From contig CAXGZT010000001.1 in the NCBI GenBank assembly GCA_964014335.1, forward strand, positions 926 to 64,925: 64,000 bases of DNA, given 5' to 3'. Every line of letters starts with the position of its first letter. The first letter of the stretch is position 1. The translations under genes and the position numbers were made by a program. This document shows, piece by piece, positions 8,383 through 17,701 of this stretch. The notes under the pieces were generated by a model that was not told where the DNA came from, ran no database searches, and worked only from the letters and a program-made list of their open reading frames with translations. Origin of the DNA: an uncultured Campylobacterales bacterium (GTDB taxonomy: Bacteria > Campylobacterota > Campylobacteria > Campylobacterales > Sulfurimonadaceae).

Positions 8383-11253
8383 TCACATCTCTTTGATGAC
8401 AATGAACTCGCCATTCTCATATGAGTAGACCTTTTTAGCCTCTCTGTCAATAATGACAGGGCGTATCCATTCGTTTAAAATAAACTCTTTTGCTATCGAG
8501 TTCTCAACGGCTTTTCCCACCTTTTCTAACGGTGCTTCCACGAAGGAAATCAGTCTTACCGGCTCATGGTATGCTTTTCCCTCCAGATGAACCGACTGGG
8601 TTGGCAAACCGATCTTCAAATCACTATAGTTTCCACTAAATACACCCACTTTTGAAACGATGTTATGATACACCTTAGAGCCTGCGCCATACACATGGTT
8701 ATCAACCGTAGAGAAATAATGTTCGAGGTTGATCCACTCGCCTACTACTAAGGGTCCATCGAAAATGCGTGTCAGGATCTCGGCATCATCATTATCAACT
8801 TTCCAGTCATACGAGTGCATAAAAAATCTGTTGTTTAACTCTAAATGCTTTGTATAATCTCTAGGCCCTGCAAATACGCCCATATTACGTGCAAGTCCCC
8901 ACTCCGGTCTAGGCTCGGACCAGTCCATTGCCTTAACCATCATATCATTTTGCGTATGGGCACATGGAAGAGCTTCGGATCTCTCCTGTCTTGACGTTTT
9001 AGAGGCTTCATTAAAATCACGCATGATCTTGAAGAACTTCGGTGCCTCTTCAGCCGTTAATATGTCAGTATCGTAAAACTTGATCTCATCCGTCGTTGTG
9101 ATATGAAGCCCGGGCATAAACTTCGTACTATCCGGGATATCTATACCCTGCTCTTTGATCTTCTCTCTAACCTCTTTGGTATTAGCGATCATACAGAGTG
9201 CCCTTGTATTCGGCAAAGAGATATTACCGCCACAGGCACCACAATCAAGAGCAGACTCAAACGGGTTATTATCCGATATACTACCGTGGCCGATAATCGT
9301 TACAAACTCTGGGAAGTTATCAACCTGACCTATCATTGTCAGGTATTTATATAAATACGAAACCTTCTCGTCAAGTGTAAAGCCTACCATTGCCAGTTTA
9401 TTTCTCTGGTATTCATAATCTGCTGGTGTGATCTGATAAGCAGATTTCAGTTTTTCGATGATCTCGTCTGAAATATCAAGCTTTAGTTCCGTACCAAACA
9501 GAAGGTGGTTTCTTACTGCTTCAATCTCAATCTCAGAGAAATCTTTTTTCGAACTGTCCGCTAAGACAGAGTCAATGATCTTTGTATGAAGTTTTTTGAC
9601 ATAAAACTCAATCTCATAAGATGAGAGCTTGTCAAGCGTATAACTTGTCTTTGGTTTGCTTGGCTTGAACTTTGACAGGAACTTGTTTGTCTTTTGAGGC
9701 AAGAAAGTCTTACCGAATAGATTGATACCAAAAATCCATCCAATCGCCTCAACCATGATATACGGCGTATAAGGATTGTTTTTCAGATCACTCAAAACTT
9801 TTTTAGTCGTTTTATTCATCCCTTTTTTCGAGCTATACTCGTCATGCGATTCAACAGGTATCTCAAACACAACATTGTGCGGTTTAACAATAGCCGGTGC
9901 TAAAAAGAGTTCATGCGCCTTGTCGAACTCAACAAAGTTAATTGGAAGACCAAGAAAACCACCGGCACCATATGTTTTATACGCGCCCATTCCTTCAATA
10001 GATCGACGCATTACCTCAGAACGAACGTCCAAACAAAAGGTAGCCGAAGCAAGAGCCGGTTCCTCCTCCTTTTCTTTAACACCGCTGATCTTTTCAACGT
10101 AAGAACTGATATACGAGTCTTCCAATGATTTAAGCCAGATATACCCCTCTTCCTCTCTTAACTTCTCAATGATTGTCGCAAGTTCGGTTAAAGGAAGATC
10201 GCTTTGCAGAACCTCGTTTGAGTGCTGTATCTGCAAGGCATCAAGATTCAACTCTTTCGTAATATGTTCTGATAAGACCTTAGTCGTCTTTTCATTATCT
10301 TCCAGGGCATCCAGTTCAGCTCCAAAAAGCATGTTTTTGTGCTTAAGAATCTGCAAGATAACATCACTGAGGTTTTCGTTAGCATAGGCTTCAAAAAGCT
10401 CAAAGTTATTGATCCTGTTTTTCTCTACGGCCTTTAGTTCATGATAGAGCCTAACCGCAATATAATCGATCAGTGCAGACGGGTAGTGCTGCTGTGATGC
10501 GTAATCCGGGTCTTCAGAACGATACTTGATGAAACCGGCCCAACCATGCAGTTTAAGAAGATGTGTCAGGAAGTATGACTCTACATCTTTGACACGAAGC
10601 TTTTCCAGGGTCTCTTCCACATAACTCTGAGCATCTTTTTCGTAAGCAAAGTTTTCAAACAATTTAAATGCTTCAAACATACCAAGCTCTCTGTTCGGCA
10701 TATTTAAAGTTGTCTGGTCTTCATCTAAAAAGCGTGAGATAAATTCAATAATATCTTTTTCGACGCTGTCTTTCTTGTCAAGTCCGAAGAGTGCATCATT
10801 GATCTCATACAGGGTCATATGTTTGGTCAATTTATTCAACCAAGCCTTTTCATCATCATAGATCGAGTGCTCTTTTAAATGTGAAAAAAGTGCACTGTCA
10901 ATCTCTTCTTTTTTAGAGATAAACTCTATTCTAAGGCTTCTCCATTGCGGACTTACTTCCATCAGGAACTTCTTGGCAAACTCCATAGGAATCTCAAAGC
11001 CTTTATCAGAAAGAACCTTTTTGATATTCTTCTCAAGTATAGTACTATCGATTTTACCTTCTTTATACAGATCCATATAATAAGAGGAGTCCATATAAAC
11101 CTTACCGCCAAATATGCTTTGAGCCTTACTCAACCCATCTTTAAAATGCAGGTTTTCAAAACCTTTTAAAGGGTTATGGTGAATGAATGATCCGATAGGC
11201 CAGTAATGTGGCACTGTAGCCTTTACAGAGTCTAGTTTTTTTATAATACTCAT
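8383..11253 (-). CDS. dabA: DUF2309 protein, DabA-like subunit of a DIC-accumulating complex
   Basis: 956 aa. FCLDVRSE (Cys 10033-10035, Asp 10027-10029) and GHGSISDNNPFESALDCGACGG (His 9286-9288, Cys 9241-9243; H-x15-C) match the beta-carbonic-anhydrase-like Zn site described for DabA. ATGA overlap with the upstream gene. Confidence 0.85.
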   Translation of the reverse strand: MSIIKKLDSVKATVPHYWPIGSFIHHNPLKGFENLHFKDGLSKAQSIFGGKVYMDSSYYMDLYKEGKIDSTILEKNIKKVLSDKGFEIPMEFAKKFLMEVSPQWRSLRIEFISKKEEIDSALFSHLKEHSIYDDEKAWLNKLTKHMTLYEINDALFGLDKKDSVEKDIIEFISRFLDEDQTTLNMPNRELGMFEAFKLFENFAYEKDAQSYVEETLEKLRVKDVESYFLTHLLKLHGWAGFIKYRSEDPDYASQQHYPSALIDYIAVRLYHELKAVEKNRINNFELFEAYANENLSDVILQILKHKNMLFGAELDALEDNEKTTKVLSEHITKELNLDALQIQHSNEVLQSDLPLTELATIIEKLREEEGYIWLKSLEDSYISSYVEKISGVKEKEEEPALASATFCLDVRSEVMRRSIEGMGAYKTYGAGGFLGLPINFVEFDKAHELFLAPAIVKPHNVVFEIPVESHDEYSSKKGMNKTTKKVLSDLKNNPYTPYIMVEAIGWIFGINLFGKTFLPQKTNKFLSKFKPSKPKTSYTLDKLSSYEIEFYVKKLHTKIIDSVLADSSKKDFSEIEIEAVRNHLLFGTELKLDISDEIIEKLKSAYQITPADYEYQRNKLAMVGFTLDEKVSYLYKYLTMIGQVDNFPEFVTIIGHGSISDNNPFESALDCGACGGNISLPNTRALCMIANTKEVREKIKEQGIDIPDSTKFMPGLHITTTDEIKFYDTDILTAEEAPKFFKIMRDFNEASKTSRQERSEALPCAHTQNDMMVKAMDWSEPRPEWGLARNMGVFAGPRDYTKHLELNNRFFMHSYDWKVDNDDAEILTRIFDGPLVVGEWINLEHYFSTVDNHVYGAGSKVYHNIVSKVGVFSGNYSDLKIGLPTQSVHLEGKAYHEPVRLISFVEAPLEKVGKAVENSIAKEFILNEWIRPVIIDREAKKVYSYENGEFIVIKEM

Positions 11254-11981
11254 AATAGCATCTCCTTAAACCCATTTACGCTTAGTATAAGAAGTAACAC
11301 GACAATCATAAGATGCGTTGCTTTTTCTTTGGATGTCATGTGGACATAATGAATATTTGAGTTTGGTCGACCAAAAAGCGTCTTCTTCATCACTCTCATA
11401 GCAAGGAAAAAATTACCAAAAAACAGCGTTATAATCACAATATACCAAAGCGAACTGGGCTCGCTGTTAAAGATATAGCTTAGAAAATACAGTGAGTTTG
11501 GAAACGGTGGATAAAGCGCCAAAGCAATCAGATAAAATGTCAGATAAGTACCGATATAGGGTCTGACCAGTGTAATCCCCGTTATATGGTGATAATTAGC
11601 ACTTCCATAGTTTTTCTCATAAAACTTCGCGATCAAATAGATACCCATTAATGATACTAGCAATGAGGTACTGTACATCGCACCCTCATTCTCAAAAAGA
11701 ATGAAAAAAGGTGCGTTCACAAAGATAAGGTAATACCCCAGCTTATAGAAGTTTGTTGTCTTGGTCGCTTTATAGATCGAAAATATTGAACTTATAAGTG
11801 CAATCACCACGAAAGAAGCGCTATGCTCATTTGGCATAAACCGTGAAGCCACAACTGCGCCTAAGAGTAAAAGCCCACTGATCAAGAAGATATGTTTACT
11901 CTTCAGCAGTGAAACCTTTTCTAAAAGGATGTAGTATGGCAGCCCGGCAGCTAATATGAACAATGCGATATTAGGTATCAT
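11250..11981 (-). CDS. Polytopic membrane protein, putative third subunit of the dab-like complex
   Basis: 243 aa with about 7-8 hydrophobic segments. ATGA overlaps on both sides imply translational coupling. AMRVMKKTLFGRPN is faintly reminiscent of the C-terminal region of NuoM/N-type antiporter-like subunits. Confidence 0.6.
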   Translation of the reverse strand: MIPNIALFILAAGLPYYILLEKVSLLKSKHIFLISGLLLLGAVVASRFMPNEHSASFVVIALISSIFSIYKATKTTNFYKLGYYLIFVNAPFFILFENEGAMYSTSLLVSLMGIYLIAKFYEKNYGSANYHHITGITLVRPYIGTYLTFYLIALALYPPFPNSLYFLSYIFNSEPSSLWYIVIITLFFGNFFLAMRVMKKTLFGRPNSNIHYVHMTSKEKATHLMIVVLLLILSVNGFKEMLL

Positions 11982-13588
11982 GCTTTATCCTTTTTAAAAA
12001 TTTTGAATAGACTGAAATAGTGTCCCTCTTTTACTAAGAACTTGTAAAACAACCACTTCATGTTATTAGGTTTAAATTCCGCTTTTGGAGTGTCCGTCAA
12101 ATGCTGTTTATACATAAACAACCATCCAATAATCATAATAGCAGCCACTATGATAAGTGATGTCACGATGGTCACATTAAGCGTTGCAGCTTTGTAAAAC
12201 AGCAATGCATCATCTCCATAGATGAAGTGTTCAAGAGCCAATCCGACGAATTCATACGTAAACAAGATAATGATAAACGAACTGACTAAGGCAAATATCA
12301 CCTTAAGTGATTCTGACTTTGACACCTTGAAAAATGACAAGAAAAGCTGGGTACCTGTCAACCAAGCAAATGCCAAAATCACGATTGAAGCATTAAACTC
12401 AAAGAACTCTTCACTCAGCACCATCTTGACACCGATAAAGACAAGTACCGGCAAGATAGTAAAAAACGCCAAATAATTAAAGATCTTTTTGCTATTACTT
12501 TTGATCTTCTCTTCCCAGAAAAGCTCATAAGTAAGACGCTTAGGAAGGTTCGAATCATGTCTCGCCAACTTAATAAGGCCACCCGACTCCAAGAAAAGAG
12601 AGGCTTTAAAGATACCGTGAACCATAAGGTGGTAGATTGCAAGAGAGAAAGCGCCAAGCCCAACTTCCATAATCATGTATCCCATCTGTCCTACTGTTGA
12701 ATATCCAAGAGAACGTTTTATATCAGAGACGACAAGCATAACCAGCGATGCGAAGATAGCGGTGAAGAGGCCGACCACAAAAGCGATGTTAAGTACAGCC
12801 GGTGTCAGTAGTAGCAAGTAGGCGAGCTTATTAAGTAAAATCCCGCCAACATTAACGACTCCCGCATGCATAAGCGCCGAGACAGGCGTAGGAGCCTCAG
12901 ACGTGTATGGCAACCAGATATGAAACGGTGCGATTGCTGACTTCATCATCGCTGCTATCAAGAAAAGCAGTCCTATCATAAAGATTATTGGATTGTCAAC
13001 GGGGTTTTGAGACATGGCCAACCATTTTTCACTCAATATCGCCAGATCAAAACTTCCGAACGTTTTATAAGTCAATACAACTGCAAATATAAATACGAGA
13101 TCAGCCCCTTTATGAACAACCATCGTCCACTTGGCATTTTTAACGGCAGAGTTTGAACCTACGTTGAATGAAACAAGAAGGTATAGACTAATACTCATCA
13201 ACTGCCAGGCTAAAGCAAGTACGATAAGGTTATTACTCATAACCAACAGGTAAATTGCCGAGAAGATAAAGTTTAAAAGAATAAAGAATCTTCGATAACC
13301 CGGTTCGTCCCACATATATTTAGTCGCATATTTACGAATAACCAACCCTAAAATAGCGACATAAGGAACCAATATCGCCGACAGCTCATTGTAGATCACT
13401 AAACCGTCAAAGCCAATGATCGGAGTACCGTTGCTGATAACATGGTATGTTCCATACAGCCCAAGCAGTGCGACCATGCTTGAGAGCATTATACTGATTT
13501 TCGGAATAAGCTCTTTTTTGCTCACAAAAAATAGAATGAACGCTATAACGATCGGAATGCTTGGAATAAGCAATATTATTTTTTCCAC
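11978..13588 (-). CDS. dabB: NuoL/MnhA-like proton-conducting membrane subunit (PF00361-type), DabB-like
   Basis: 536 aa and highly hydrophobic. Antiporter-like motifs are present (WQLMSISLYLLV, PFHIWLPYTSEAPTPVSALMHAGVVNVGG, SLGYSTVGQMGYM). GTG start with AGGAG 6 nt upstream. Confidence 0.85.
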   Translation of the reverse strand: MEKIILLIPSIPIVIAFILFFVSKKELIPKISIMLSSMVALLGLYGTYHVISNGTPIIGFDGLVIYNELSAILVPYVAILGLVIRKYATKYMWDEPGYRRFFILLNFIFSAIYLLVMSNNLIVLALAWQLMSISLYLLVSFNVGSNSAVKNAKWTMVVHKGADLVFIFAVVLTYKTFGSFDLAILSEKWLAMSQNPVDNPIIFMIGLLFLIAAMMKSAIAPFHIWLPYTSEAPTPVSALMHAGVVNVGGILLNKLAYLLLLTPAVLNIAFVVGLFTAIFASLVMLVVSDIKRSLGYSTVGQMGYMIMEVGLGAFSLAIYHLMVHGIFKASLFLESGGLIKLARHDSNLPKRLTYELFWEEKIKSNSKKIFNYLAFFTILPVLVFIGVKMVLSEEFFEFNASIVILAFAWLTGTQLFLSFFKVSKSESLKVIFALVSSFIIILFTYEFVGLALEHFIYGDDALLFYKAATLNVTIVTSLIIVAAIMIIGWLFMYKQHLTDTPKAEFKPNNMKWLFYKFLVKEGHYFSLFKIFKKDKA

Positions 13589-13641
13589 TAAAAACTCCTA
13601 TAATCCACTAAAAATTCCTATCTACTAAAAATTCCTATCTA
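13586..13641 (-). repeat. Three imperfect tandem repeats (17-20 nt) across the dabB start/leader
   Basis: On the minus strand: TAGATAGGAATTTTTAG / TAGATAGGAATTTTTAGTG / GATTATAGGAGTTTTTAGTG. The last copy supplies the SD and the GTG start of dabB. Confidence 0.7.
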
Positions 13642-14764
13642 TTAAATGTTAAGATTCGCCATCAATTATGGCCAGTACACTAACTCATAGTGAAATGAAC
13701 ACGAAGTTTTATCAAAACTACCTTCATAAGACCTTTGAAATTATAAATTAATGTTTTAAATAATGGTTATATAAAAAACACAATTATACCCAAGAGTTGC
13801 ACTTCAAAGTTTGATGCTGCCACTTTATGGTGTGGCTTAATTCAATATCAATGAGAGTGAGCATATCCTCATACTACACGCTTTCTTCTGCTATAGTCCA
13901 ATAGACATTTTAGATAAAAGCCTCGACTCCTTCAACATGCAGACCTTCAATAAACCATCAATTGCGGAGGAGTTTAAAGCAGCATCTACCTAAACATCGG
14001 AATTCTTAATTTTTTAAATTGTATCCAACCACTGCTTAATCGCTTTACTATGAAGATTTTTAGCATTTATGTTTTTAAGTCAAGTTAAATATGCAAATTG
14101 CAATCAATTACGAAAGCTAAATTTTAGGTGCATCAGCAGTCGTTACTAACGCCACTCTGAGCTTTGAGTAAAAAAACTCAAGCGCAGTAGATGTCGCATA
14201 GGCCATACTTTAATATAGAGGTCATGATCTCCCGACAATATTTAGAGCACAACATTCTGTTTTTCCAGACACTTGTTACTTTTTGTAATGTAATTTCCCC
14301 CTGGTCAACAGGTGACAGGCGAACATTGTTGAAATGAAGTCACTGCCAATGATCAAACACTTTAGCAATCAAAGGCTCGTAGTTAACCAAACTCTACTGA
14401 GCGATGACTCCATTCAGCCAACAGAGAGTTAAAATGAGCTTTTAGCCGCGATATTTTCATACTGATGACCCTCTTGTCATTCATGCTTTGGAGAGAACTC
14501 TGCGTGTAAATAATTAAATAAATCCTTGCGTTATTTCTTTACCTGTTTGTAGCAATTCAAGTTTATTTATAAAAGTATTTTAATCTCTAAATTAAGGAAG
14601 AGTGAAAGGTTTTTTAAGTAAAGTCCCATTTGAGAAACATATTGAAAAACATAAACGTAGCTGATGAAAAATTTGTTATGAATACTGTAAGTGATTCGTT
14701 CTTGTAATTTTTTTGATGCTACATAACTAAATTATATATGTTCAATTCATCATATGGAGTATAA

Positions 14765-14989
14765 ATGTATTATGTAGCAAAAGTTAATTCTGACATGTGT
14801 GCTGAGTACAAATGTAACACGTGTACACTATATTGTCCAGAAGCCAACACGCTAATGTTCGATAAAGATAGAAATACATCTTGGGTAGATGAAGATAGAT
14901 GTAAAGGGTGTGCACTTTGTGTGTACGTATGTACTGATATGCTTGATCGTAACTGTATTACGATGGAAATGGCTGGTCACGAAGACTAA
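14765..14989 (+). CDS. OFOR delta subunit (2x[4Fe-4S]), copy 2
   Basis: 74 aa, same Cys motifs as copy 1. GGAG SD upstream. First gene of operon 2. Confidence 0.9.
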   Translation: MYYVAKVNSDMCAEYKCNTCTLYCPEANTLMFDKDRNTSWVDEDRCKGCALCVYVCTDMLDRNCITMEMAGHED

Positions 14990-15047
14990 TAAACTATAAT
15001 TTATATTTAATTCAAGTTATAGTGTAGAAAAATTTAGAGGAGAACTT

Positions 15048-15617
15048 ATGGCAAATCAAGGTCCTGCGTATTATTCACCGTATCCTGCGGCTACGTATGA
15101 AGGTGTAATCACACCTCCAGAAGGAAAAGCACTTTTATTAGAAGATGTGGTAGATGAAGAAATTGCAATGAGAGAGATTGCAAAACAGATGTTGACAAGA
15201 GAAAATGCGACTATTTTCCCTGGTCCGCAAGTATTATACGGTTTCAACGAAGAAGCGAAGAAGAAAGCTACACTTATCAAAGAGATGGCAGAAGTTCTTA
15301 ATGCTAAGATGATCCCAATGTATGACTACAGACCAAAATATCCAAAGATTGATGCTGAAGTAGAGATCAATCCGAATCATCCAAACTTAACAATTTGGCA
15401 CAACGATATTAAAGCAGCAATCTTTATCGGTGTTCACTGTCATTATGCAAATGTTGCATTAAAGATCGTAAGAGCAGAGACTGACTGTTATACAATTGCA
15501 ATTTGTGGTTTGTCAGGGCATGAAGATGCTATGGCTACATTAAGAGACCAGCATTCTTCAGAGCTTGAGAAATTCATCAAAATAGCTAAAGAAGTTAAAG
15601 CTGAGCTTGGTAAATAG
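15048..15617 (+). CDS. Fifth (epsilon-like) subunit of a five-subunit OFOR
   Basis: 189 aa with a GAGGAG SD, sitting tightly between the delta and alpha genes. Size and position fit the extra subunit of Hydrogenobacter-type five-subunit Por/For enzymes. The assignment rests on context, not on a recognised motif. Confidence 0.55.
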   Translation: MANQGPAYYSPYPAATYEGVITPPEGKALLLEDVVDEEIAMREIAKQMLTRENATIFPGPQVLYGFNEEAKKKATLIKEMAEVLNAKMIPMYDYRPKYPKIDAEVEINPNHPNLTIWHNDIKAAIFIGVHCHYANVALKIVRAETDCYTIAICGLSGHEDAMATLRDQHSSELEKFIKIAKEVKAELGK

Positions 15618-15630
15618 GTAGGAGATAATA

Positions 15631-16830
15631 ATGAGTAAAATTACTGATATGACAGAAACACACAACTGGTCTGGACAGAAATTAGTTTCTACAGACCACC
15701 TGCTTTTCGAAGCTCCAAGAGAAAAGCACTTCATGACTGGTTCTGAAGTTTTAAAAGAAGCGGTAAAAAGATGTACGGTTGATGCGTCTGTATCATACCC
15801 TATTACACCACAGTCTGAAGCGGCTCACCTTATCGGTGAACTATGGGCTGAAGGTTATGTAGGTACATACTTCCGTGGTGAGAATGAGTTTGGTGTTATG
15901 TCTGAGGTTGCTGGTTGTGCGATGGCCGGTGCTAGAACGATCACAACGACTTCTGGTCCGGGTACACTGCGTGCAATGGAAAACTTTGCACAATGGTCTG
16001 GTACAAGAATCCCTTGTCAACTTATCCTTATGGCTCGTGGTATCAACTCACCACTAACTATTCAGCCGGACAACTTGGAAGTTTCTTACATGCTAGAAAC
16101 TGGCTGTCAAATCTGGTACGCTGAAAACGTGCAAGAACTATTCGACATGTCAATCGCAGCATTCACAGTAGCTGAAAAGCCGGATGTTCATGTTCCGATT
16201 ATTACAGTTGTAGATGGTTTCTTTGTATCTCACACACGTGAAGCGGTTATGCTTCCGGCTGATGATATTGCATTACACCCATACAACCCATATGCGGCTC
16301 CGTTACCTCCGATTGACTCTGAGACTCCTCCGGGACGTTTCCTAAGAGATCCATTCGTAATGAAGTCTAACTATATCTCTTATGCGACACACGCTTCATG
16401 GCAGTTTGAAGTAAGATCTGCAGTTGAGCGTTCACGTCCATATGCTGAGCATTACCTAAAAGGTCTTGTTCATGTTACTGGTGATGAAGATGCTGAGATT
16501 GCATTTGTTACTTGCGGTACTGCATCTAATCAAGCAAAAGAAGCACAAAGAGATTTAGCTAAGCAGGGTGTCAAGTCTAAAGTTATTAAACTTAGAACTA
16601 TCAGACCATTCCCAGAAAAAGAACTTCTTGCAGCACTTGACGGTGTTAAGCATGTTTTCGTACCGGAATTCAACGTTGTTGGTTGGTTAGAGAAAGAAGT
16701 TAAAACAGCACTTTACAAGAAACATGACGCTGAAATAGTTGGCGGTCCAAGAGTTGCTGGTGGTATGAGCTTACCTTCTGAAGCAATTCTTAAAGAAGTA
16801 TTTGAACACATTAACGTAGAAGGAGCATAA
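15631..16830 (+). CDS. 2-oxoacid:ferredoxin oxidoreductase alpha subunit, copy 2
   Basis: 399 aa. YPITPQSE, TTSGPG, IQPDN and IRPFP motifs. Confidence 0.92.
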   Translation: MSKITDMTETHNWSGQKLVSTDHLLFEAPREKHFMTGSEVLKEAVKRCTVDASVSYPITPQSEAAHLIGELWAEGYVGTYFRGENEFGVMSEVAGCAMAGARTITTTSGPGTLRAMENFAQWSGTRIPCQLILMARGINSPLTIQPDNLEVSYMLETGCQIWYAENVQELFDMSIAAFTVAEKPDVHVPIITVVDGFFVSHTREAVMLPADDIALHPYNPYAAPLPPIDSETPPGRFLRDPFVMKSNYISYATHASWQFEVRSAVERSRPYAEHYLKGLVHVTGDEDAEIAFVTCGTASNQAKEAQRDLAKQGVKSKVIKLRTIRPFPEKELLAALDGVKHVFVPEFNVVGWLEKEVKTALYKKHDAEIVGGPRVAGGMSLPSEAILKEVFEHINVEGA

Positions 16831-16831
16831 G

Positions 16832-17701
16832 ATGGCAATTGATATTTATAAAATCAACCCTGAGTTTAGAGACATTATGCCTAAAGAGATCATTGATCTT
16901 GAGGAAAATGCAACATGGGCTCAAAACCAAGAGAAACCTCGTGGTATTAAAGAGCTTCCAGAAACAAAAGAGATTCTTGAAGAGCACTCACTATGTGCTG
17001 GTTGTCCGGAAGCTGCAGCTTTACGTTATGTACTTTCTGCACTGCCTAAACCGGAAGAGACAATCATCGTTAACTCAACGGGTTGTACGTCTTTAATGTT
17101 CCCGCACATCGCACTACATACTGTACACTCACTATTTGGTAACCAAAATGCAGTTGCATCTGGTATCAAAAGAGTTCTTGACTGGAGATTTCCAGATACT
17201 GAGAAAGATGTTGTCGTTCTAGCGGGTGACGGTGCTACAGTTGATATCGGTCTTGACTATACACTTCAATCTTTCTTCCGTCAGGAAAAGATCACGACGA
17301 TCTGTTTTGATAATGAAGTATATGCAAATACTGGTGGTCAAGAGTCCGGTGCTACGGCAAAGGGTCAAGTATTTAAAATGGCTCCAACTGGTAAAAAGTT
17401 TGAAAAAGTACCTATGTGGGAACTTGCTACGACTTCTGGCTGTCACTACTCTATCAACATGACTGCATCTGCTCCAAAAGCGGTTGCTAAAGCAGTTAGA
17501 GAAGCGATCCTGGTTGCAAGAGAAATCGGACCGACATTCATCAATCTTTATACTCCATGTATCCTTGAGATTGGACTAAGTGCAAACGAAGGTCTTGGTG
17601 AGATGAAAGATCAAGATAAAGGTAGATTTACAGCATACAAGCATATTTCTCCAGAAGCAGAAGAGTTCTTGAAAAAATGTAAAGCGGAAGGAAAATTATA
17701 A
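16832..17701 (+). CDS. 2-oxoacid:ferredoxin oxidoreductase beta (TPP) subunit, copy 2
   Basis: GDGATVDIG...NEVYANTGGQ and a CAGC Cys motif. Confidence 0.92.
   Translation: MAIDIYKINPEFRDIMPKEIIDLEENATWAQNQEKPRGIKELPETKEILEEHSLCAGCPEAAALRYVLSALPKPEETIIVNSTGCTSLMFPHIALHTVHSLFGNQNAVASGIKRVLDWRFPDTEKDVVVLAGDGATVDIGLDYTLQSFFRQEKITTICFDNEVYANTGGQESGATAKGQVFKMAPTGKKFEKVPMWELATTSGCHYSINMTASAPKAVAKAVREAILVAREIGPTFINLYTPCILEIGLSANEGLGEMKDQDKGRFTAYKHISPEAEEFLKKCKAEGKL

Noticed and set aside
13850-14480. Possible transposase or IS remnant in the long spacer
   Set aside because: I found no inverted terminal repeats, no recognisable transposase motif (DDE or HUH) and only short interrupted frames. It is kept only as a low-interest 'decayed gene or ncRNA' note.
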